IMG/VR virus record: IMGVR_UViG_3300002481_000002
Length of the DNA: 42,729 bases
Strand: one strand, 5' to 3'
DNA from: a virus
Shown here: in pieces, positions 36,903 through 42,729 of the stretch
How the letters are laid out: each line of letters opens with the position of its first letter
Numbering within the stretch: position 1 is the stretch's first letter
Made by a program: the position numbers and the translations under genes
The notes under the pieces: generated by a model
The model's database searches: none
Seen by the model: the letters and a program-made list of their open reading frames with translations, nothing else
Told to the model about the DNA's origin: nothing

Positions 36903-37499
36903 GTGCAAATTTTAACAGATTATTTGAGTAGCTATAAAAGAAGGTTCGAAGAGGGTGAGTATAGGGATTGTGGATTGGTGTATGTCGGATATCATTGGCA
37001 AAAGAAGAGGAGATATAACATTTATCATTATGACTGCAAGAAGGTAGATGATGTATGGAGGAAGGTGTGGTCAGGGATAGGTATAGTGAAGTATATTTTA
37101 ATGGAAATGGATAGTGCAAGGTTAAGAGGATTGAATTGTGTGGTAGTGTGTGATGAGAAGAATGAAGAGCTTTGTATGAGGAGAGTGTATAAAGATTTAG
37201 GGGAGAGGATTTTGGGTAAGGGGAGTGTGGATGATGAGGTGGTAGAGTTATTGGAAATGGTTAGCGAGAAGGATTTAATGTATTCAAGGTGGGATACGAT
37301 AGTGATAGGAAAAGAGGAAAAGACTTTAGTATTTTTGAGATTTGGATATGAAGACGCTGGTGTTTTATTATTAGCAGATGGGGGATGTAGGTATTGGGCG
37401 TTTGATTTAGGGAAGTGGTTGGTAAGAGCTGAAGTTTGTGAGCATGTATGGGGAGATATAGATAAGGTATGGGCGAGAATTTTATTAGGAGGTGAGTGA
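36903..37499 (+). CDS. Hypothetical protein
   Basis: GAGGTG RBS before the GTG at 36903. Confidence 0.6.
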   Translation: MQILTDYLSSYKRRFEEGEYRDCGLVYVGYHWQKKRRYNIYHYDCKKVDDVWRKVWSGIGIVKYILMEMDSARLRGLNCVVVCDEKNEELCMRRVYKDLGERILGKGSVDDEVVELLEMVSEKDLMYSRWDTIVIGKEEKTLVFLRFGYEDAGVLLLADGGCRYWAFDLGKWLVRAEVCEHVWGDIDKVWARILLGGE

Positions 37500-37500
37500 A

Positions 37501-38076
37501 ATGGAAGTAGTTTGTATGAGTTTGGGAGAGTATGAGAAGGATGTGAATAGGTTTGGAGAGTTTGCGGAGTGGAAGATGGTGTATTTGGGAAATGACTATG
37601 CAGTGAATGAGCAATATTTAGAAGAGGCACAGAACAAAATTTGCTGGGATGGGCAGAGAAATATCTTTGAACATATGTGGAATGTATGGCAGGATGTGTT
37701 TGCGCAGATTTGGAATGTGGATAAAGTTGTTTTAGTGTATGACGACGAGAACAGTGAGAAAATAGGTAGACTGTGGAAGTTTGCGATAGAGAATGCATAT
37801 AATAGCAACGACATGGAACTTGCAGATGACTATGAGTTAGTGAAGACGAGAGGGAGAGGGACTGTGTATGTGAAGGCATTTTTGTCAAGGGCGACTAACA
37901 AGTTCTACATAATTGAGAAGGTTGAGTTTGACAGCGATAGAGATACAGCATTTGCAATATCACGGAGGAATGCGAACAATGGAGAGCTTGAGTTTACGAA
38001 ACTTTTGTTTGGCGAGGAAAAGGTGGATAGGGAGTTGGCATATATTATCATAGATGGTGTGGATGAGAGTAGATAG
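37501..38076 (+). CDS. Hypothetical protein
   Basis: GGAGGTGA RBS; about 190 aa. Confidence 0.65.
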   Translation: MEVVCMSLGEYEKDVNRFGEFAEWKMVYLGNDYAVNEQYLEEAQNKICWDGQRNIFEHMWNVWQDVFAQIWNVDKVVLVYDDENSEKIGRLWKFAIENAYNSNDMELADDYELVKTRGRGTVYVKAFLSRATNKFYIIEKVEFDSDRDTAFAISRRNANNGELEFTKLLFGEEKVDRELAYIIIDGVDESR

Positions 38077-38086
38077 CACACGGATA

Positions 38087-38097
38087 TTTTATTTTTT
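38087..38097 (+). terminator. Oligo-T terminator candidate
   Basis: TTTTATTTTTT after the stop codon. Confidence 0.5.
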
Positions 38098-38114
38098 AAT
38101 TAATAGCGAGAGAG

Positions 38115-38597
38115 GTGAGGACAATGAAAATGGATGATATTGTTAGAGTGTTGAAAAGGCTTGGGGTGGATGTTAGTGTTAGCGAAGTGAAGGAAGTGTA
38201 CAGTGAGGTAAAAAAGAAGAATTTAGGAGTGTATGGTAAAGTGCTTTGTGTGGTGAGGGAGATTTTAGATAAGAATGGAGTGATTTTACCAGCGCGGATG
38301 GTATGTACGGCGATAAGTGATATTATGGGATATGAGTTAAAATATCTGTTACGACAAGAGAAAATGTTAAAAAGGCAGGGGTTGATTAAGTGGTACACAT
38401 TAGATGACTATTTGAAGAATGAGAGTGAGAGTGTTAGGCAGATTGTCAAGGAATTAATGAAACATACTAATATAACAAGTTTGGCTTTGGCAACAGCAAA
38501 GTATATTGGGGGAGGAGTAACACAAAGGGAAGTGAGTGAGATGTATGGAGTAAGTGAGACGGCGATAAGGAAATTGCTTAAAAAGTGGAAGGGGTGA
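38115..38597 (+). CDS. Truncated TFB/TFIIB-like protein (cyclin repeats plus C-terminal HTH)
   Basis: TSLALATAKYIG..VTQREVSEMYGVSETAIRK closely matches the TFB C-terminal signature (AAAALYIA..TQREVA...GVTEVTIR). Confidence 0.65.
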   Translation: MRTMKMDDIVRVLKRLGVDVSVSEVKEVYSEVKKKNLGVYGKVLCVVREILDKNGVILPARMVCTAISDIMGYELKYLLRQEKMLKRQGLIKWYTLDDYLKNESESVRQIVKELMKHTNITSLALATAKYIGGGVTQREVSEMYGVSETAIRKLLKKWKG

Positions 38598-38602
38598 GTG
38601 AA

Positions 38603-39193
38603 ATGGAAGTGTATGTAGATATGTTTACTAAATTACAACATATGGCAATGGCTGTGAGAGAGAGAAGGATTGATGAGAAAGAGTTTGTGAGTGCTGTGGT
38701 GAATATGTATATTGCAATATATAATACAGAAATGTCAGAGAAAAACGCGCTGAAGGATGAGCTGTTGTATTATGAGGATATAATGAATTGTGCGGATAGG
38801 ATGCTTGTGTTTGATATAGAGTGTTCAGCGAAGGAGTTAGATATAGTTAACAGTGCAAAATGGCTATGGATAAAAAGGATGAGAAAGGAGAAGTTGCTTG
38901 ATTTAGAATTTTATTTAACAAAGAGGCGAGTGCTTAAGTGGTTGATAGAGTTCAGGAAGAAATTGAAGGAAGGGAGTGCAAGTGAAGATGAGATTAGAGA
39001 GGCATGTGATGTGCTGATATTTATTAGGAAGGCAAATAATATAAAAGAGCTGATTGATAGTGAGTGGATAAATGAAATACGATTAGAGATTTTGGAAAAG
39101 AGTGATGATGAGAAGGTTAAGTATAAGTTGACTGGGATGGCAAAGGATAGTGATGTGCTAAATGATTCATGGTGCTGGGTGGTATGGGAGTGA
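38603..39193 (+). CDS. Hypothetical helical protein
   Basis: About 196-aa ORF with RBS. Confidence 0.6.
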   Translation: MEVYVDMFTKLQHMAMAVRERRIDEKEFVSAVVNMYIAIYNTEMSEKNALKDELLYYEDIMNCADRMLVFDIECSAKELDIVNSAKWLWIKRMRKEKLLDLEFYLTKRRVLKWLIEFRKKLKEGSASEDEIREACDVLIFIRKANNIKELIDSEWINEIRLEILEKSDDEKVKYKLTGMAKDSDVLNDSWCWVVWE

Positions 39194-39545
39194 GATGTAA
39201 GATAGTGTGGTATGGTGATGAGAAAGTGTCAAGAGGAACATCTATTCCTTTCAGTTACAGTTATATAACAGAGTCATTTATGGTTAGAAAGTCTATTATA
39301 GAGATATGGAGGGAGAGAGATGAGAGTCGTGTATTACATAGGTGAGTGGATATTTCATGGAAAGTATGGCGATGATGAGAAGAGGTTTTGGTTAACGAGG
39401 GGGATGGTGTGGTAAATGAGATATAGATATTATGTTATTTGGGACGAGGGAAGGTATAGCAATTTGTTATCGTATTATGATACAGAGAATGAGTTTTGGC
39501 AAGTTTTAGGAATAATGATTAGTAATAAAGAATGGGGGTGAGAGG

Positions 39546-39749
39546 ATGGACACAAGGAAAATTGAGATGGTTATATATACATTACAAGAGCTTTATGAAG
39601 AAGCTGGTAATGAAGTGGAGAGAGTGGCGGTGAGAAATGCAATGGCAATGTGCAGTGTTTTATTGAATGGTAATAATGGTAGAGGAAAAAATAAATATAA
39701 TGAAGTAGAAAGTTGTGATGTAATGGGTGTGTGTGAAGTATGCGGTTGA
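39546..39749 (+). CDS. Small hypothetical protein
   Basis: GGGGTGAG RBS. Confidence 0.45.
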   Translation: MDTRKIEMVIYTLQELYEEAGNEVERVAVRNAMAMCSVLLNGNNGRGKNKYNEVESCDVMGVCEVCG

Positions 39750-40133
39750 GAAAAAAGAGAGATTATAAAGCAGAGTACTGGATGGAGAATAGTATATACT
39801 ACAAGAATCTTTATGTGATAGCGGCGAGTTTGTTGAGAGATAATGGGATAGATACGATATTAATGTTTGCGAGTTGATATTGAATGGAGCTGAATATAAT
39901 GGTGAAGGATGAAAACGAAAAGACTTGGTATATTGGCGGGTTGGATGGAAGTTCGCATGGTGTAATTGGTAAATGGTTATTGGTCGCAAAGAATAGATTG
40001 GGCGGTAAGTGAGTGATTGGTATGTGGCAGATAGTTGATTTATTTAATATTGCAAGGGAAGAGTATTATGGAAGGTTTGTGGTGGAAAGTGAGCAAGGGA
40101 TGGCGTCTTTAATGAGAATGGCGAGGTGGTGGG

Positions 40134-41495
40134 ATGAAGTTAGTGAGTAGGTATGGATTGAGTTTTGATGGTACGGATGATTATGTTGAGACTGTATCAT
40201 CATCATCTCTTAATGCATTAAGTTTTACATGGTTAGCATGGGTTAAAACAGATGTTGTTGCGAATCAAATTATAATGAGTAAATGGAATGGAACTTCTAA
40301 CTACATACGAATTTATTTTAGATCAACAGCACCATATTTGTCGTTTCTGATTATGGTTGATAGTTCAGCGTATTCAGTCACAACTAATAATAATTACATG
40401 GATGGTAATTGGCATCTAATAACTGCTACATACTCAAGCGGGGAAATGAAGCTTTATGTAGATTCAGAGTTAATAGGGCAAAGAACAGGTGTTCCAGACC
40501 CAGTTTATGCATTAACACCAGTGTATGTTGGTTCGAATGATCCATCAATTGACCCAGGTGGTGTTTTCGATGGTATCATCGACGAAGTCCGTATCTACAA
40601 TAGAGCTTTAAGCTCAGATGAAATTACAACTTTGTACAACAGAGGGCATGTGAGTGATGGATTGGTGTTATGGTTGCCGTTCGAGGAGGGAAGTGGCACA
40701 ACGGTTTATGATAGGAGTGGTTTGCATAATCATGGAACAGTGTACGGGGCGAGTTGGACAAGTGGATATGATGTAGATGTGATGAAGTATGGGAAGGCGT
40801 ATTTATTAAGAAAGCCAGAGCGACGGGTTGAGGATAAAGTAATGAGAAGTTTGAGAGGGTTGAGTTTTGATGGAGTGGATGATTATGTTGATTGTGGCAA
40901 TGATGCAAGCTTACAGATTACGAATGCTATCACTATAGCAGCATGGGTAAAACTTACAGATGTTTCAAGTTGGCGTGCGGTAGTAGATAAGTTTTCGTCT
41001 TCAACACTAAATGGTTACAGTTTATTTATTCAACAAGATACCGGTAAAGTTAGAATGGAAGTAAGTTTAAGTACGATTGGTACCACAAGTGCTTTAGGGA
41101 CTACAAATGTTGCTGACGGAAATTGGCATTTCATTGTTGGTCAATGGACAGGAGACACAATAAAAGTTTATGTTGATGGAAATCATGAAATAAGTGCGTA
41201 TAAAGGAAATGCTACGATAGTAGACTCAGGTACTAACTTATCTATAGGTGCTCGTGGTTCAACAGGTTACTTGTTTCAAGGTCTTATCGACGAAGTTCGT
41301 ATCTACAATAGGGCTTTAACAGACAATGAGATTTATGCACTATATAACGATTACATACTTACAGATGGTTTAGTGTTATGGCTCAAGATGGAAGAGGGAA
41401 CAGGAACGACGGCAAAAGATTATAGTGGAAATGGTAATAATGGTACGATAAATGGGGCTACTTGGACATATGGCAGGCATGGGTGGAATATATGA
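40134..41495 (+). CDS. Tandem LamG/ConA-like lectin-domain virion protein (adhesin)
   Basis: Two units of LSFDG.DDYV...WH...DEVRIYNRAL...GLVLWL..EEG.GT...D.SG..NHGT..GA.WT. Confidence 0.88.
   Translation: MKLVSRYGLSFDGTDDYVETVSSSSLNALSFTWLAWVKTDVVANQIIMSKWNGTSNYIRIYFRSTAPYLSFLIMVDSSAYSVTTNNNYMDGNWHLITATYSSGEMKLYVDSELIGQRTGVPDPVYALTPVYVGSNDPSIDPGGVFDGIIDEVRIYNRALSSDEITTLYNRGHVSDGLVLWLPFEEGSGTTVYDRSGLHNHGTVYGASWTSGYDVDVMKYGKAYLLRKPERRVEDKVMRSLRGLSFDGVDDYVDCGNDASLQITNAITIAAWVKLTDVSSWRAVVDKFSSSTLNGYSLFIQQDTGKVRMEVSLSTIGTTSALGTTNVADGNWHFIVGQWTGDTIKVYVDGNHEISAYKGNATIVDSGTNLSIGARGSTGYLFQGLIDEVRIYNRALTDNEIYALYNDYILTDGLVLWLKMEEGTGTTAKDYSGNGNNGTINGATWTYGRHGWNI
40158..41468 (+). repeat. Internal duplication of the LamG unit, period 702 bp
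   Basis: TTGAGTTTTGATGG at 40158 and 40860; 34-nt segments 40578..40611 and 41286..41319 are 32/34 identical. Confidence 0.85.
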
Positions 41496-41905
41496 TAGTC
41501 GATGAGAATGAGTTCAAAAAAATAGTGGCAGATTGGATAAGAGAGATTGCGATTGAGATAGCTAAAGAACAGAAGTTGACATTAAGGCAGATGGATGGTG
41601 TGGCTACTGCAAGATTAGTGCAGAGTGTGGAGGTGACGAGAGATTTTGATAAGGATATTAGTTATGTAATTGACTGGAAAGCGCCCTACAGTATATTTGT
41701 TGAGTATGGTACGAGTGGAAGAGATAAATTACCACCAGTAGAGAGTATTGAGAAGTGGGTAAGGGCGAAGTTTGGAATTGGCGGGAAAGAGGCAAGGAGA
41801 ATAGCATGGGCAATTGCACAAGAGATTAAAAAACATGGAACTAAACCTAAACCATTTGGGCAGATGGGTTTGATGAGAGCTTTAAGTAAATTGGGGTTGA
41901 GGTGA
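41492..41905 (+). CDS. HK97 gp10-like neck/tail-completion protein
   Basis: ATARLVQS, APYSIFVEYGT, PPVESIEKW and GTKPKPF motifs. Confidence 0.75.
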   Translation: MIVDENEFKKIVADWIREIAIEIAKEQKLTLRQMDGVATARLVQSVEVTRDFDKDISYVIDWKAPYSIFVEYGTSGRDKLPPVESIEKWVRAKFGIGGKEARRIAWAIAQEIKKHGTKPKPFGQMGLMRALSKLGLR

Positions 41906-41909
41906 TAGT

Positions 41910-42503
41910 ATGGAGATGGCGGATATGTGCTATTTAATATTAAAGAAAGGATTTAGTGGGGTGAGTTATGGTAAGACGATAACAATAGATTATATTTATA
42001 ACGCAAGGACTTGGGATGTGGATGTGGCAGATTTGATTTTATTATATGCAAGTGGCGAGGGTGATAGATGGGGAGAGTTGGGTGGTGGAGTGTTTGAGAA
42101 AGATATGAGTGTGAATATTGATATAAGAAGTGAAGACAAAGAAAGGTATGGAAAGATTAAGAGGAAAGTGTTTGAGTTGTTTGATGGGAGTGTTTATGAT
42201 TATAGTGACGATACAACAGCAAATGATATCACGGCGGTAGTGACTAATATTGAGAAGAAAGGAAGTTATGTTGTGATAGTGACGGTGAGTGATACAACTG
42301 GAATTAGTGAAGGGAGTTATGTGACTTATGCAACGGGAGAGAGTGGATGGGTGCATTGGATAAATGGGAATGACTTGTATATAATGAAGAACAAGGGGAA
42401 GTATTTCTTAATAAAGCCGAGTAGTGTTAATGATTTGAGTGATAGGATGAAACAATTATATAGGTGTGTGGTAACAGTGACTGGAAGAGTGAGAACTGGA
42501 TGA
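41910..42503 (+). CDS. Putative neck/tail-terminator-like protein
   Basis: Follows the gp10-like gene; beta-rich with VNIDIRS and YRCVVTV strands. Assignment is positional. Confidence 0.4.
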   Translation: MEMADMCYLILKKGFSGVSYGKTITIDYIYNARTWDVDVADLILLYASGEGDRWGELGGGVFEKDMSVNIDIRSEDKERYGKIKRKVFELFDGSVYDYSDDTTANDITAVVTNIEKKGSYVVIVTVSDTTGISEGSYVTYATGESGWVHWINGNDLYIMKNKGKYFLIKPSSVNDLSDRMKQLYRCVVTVTGRVRTG

Positions 42504-42729
42504 AGAGAATATGTTTAGTGTATAATGAGAGGCATTTGATGTTTGGTGGATATTGTATTGCATGTAGTTATATTCAATGTGACTGTAGATGGAAATTGAA
42601 ATGATAATTGGTGATATGATAATAGAATGCGTGATTGCATATTTTAACGAGTATGGGAAATTAGTATTAAGGCGTTGTGGTCAATGCGAGCTTTATGGAA
42701 AGGAAATAGTCGAGTATTTTGGTTTATGT

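Noticed and set aside
40134-41495. Diversity-generating retroelement acting on the lectin gene
   Set aside because: No reverse transcriptase and no TR/VR pair with adenine-specific mismatches; the repeats are domain duplications.
26-42356. All minus-strand ORFs in the six-frame track
   Set aside because: They are Ser/Leu/His/Pro-rich shadow frames. The C-poor + strand rarely contains CTA/TCA, so minus-strand stops are depleted. They have no RBSs or motifs and overlap real + genes.
42616-42729. Terminal ORF is in frame with base 1, suggesting a circular junction into the tail-fibre gene
   Set aside because: An in-frame join has a 1-in-3 chance, there is no terminal redundancy, and the Cys-rich peptide does not resemble a fibre N-terminus. 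Completeness cannot be claimed.

Overview
This window is 42.7 kb of a tailed dsDNA virus (Caudoviricetes, HK97-fold) that almost certainly infects an archaeon. The archaeal signs are GAGGTG/GGTGA ribosome-binding sites, TTTATATA boxes, oligo-T terminators, and archaeal-type PolB, PriS-PriL, RPA, XPF/ERCC4, RadA-like and TFB-like genes. Every credible gene is on the + strand, which is extremely G-rich and C-poor. Layout: (1) 1-11.5 kb holds a tail-fibre-like gene, a pair of transglutaminase-like genes, portal, gpF-like protein, prohead protease, a free-standing LAGLIDADG gene, scaffold, major capsid protein and adaptor. (2) 11.5-21 kb is an early/replication-recombination unit: DUF932, a CARF/SAVED-like small protein, SWIM-RecA, primase, PolB, RPA, a Cas4-like nuclease and ERCC4. 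(3) 21-26.2 kb is a 7-deazaguanine DNA-modification cluster (queE, queD, folE, queC, dpdA) with an extra purine phosphoribosyltransferase and a HAD phosphatase. The DpdA carries a C-terminal Cys-rich/helical domain with its own internal RBS and ATG, directly upstream of (4) an intein-containing terminase large subunit. (5) 28.5-40 kb is an island of micro-ORFs plus a MoxR/VWA pair and a truncated TFB homologue. (6) 40-42.7 kb holds a tandem LamG adhesin and neck genes. The strongest leads are the DpdA-(TerS-like) fusion that could couple base modification to packaging, the PRT/HAD extension of the preQ0 pathway, and the putative cyclic-oligonucleotide-binding anti-defence protein. All family calls come from motif recognition by eye and no searches were run. 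Several start codons were moved from the ORF track on RBS or stop-start overlap evidence.
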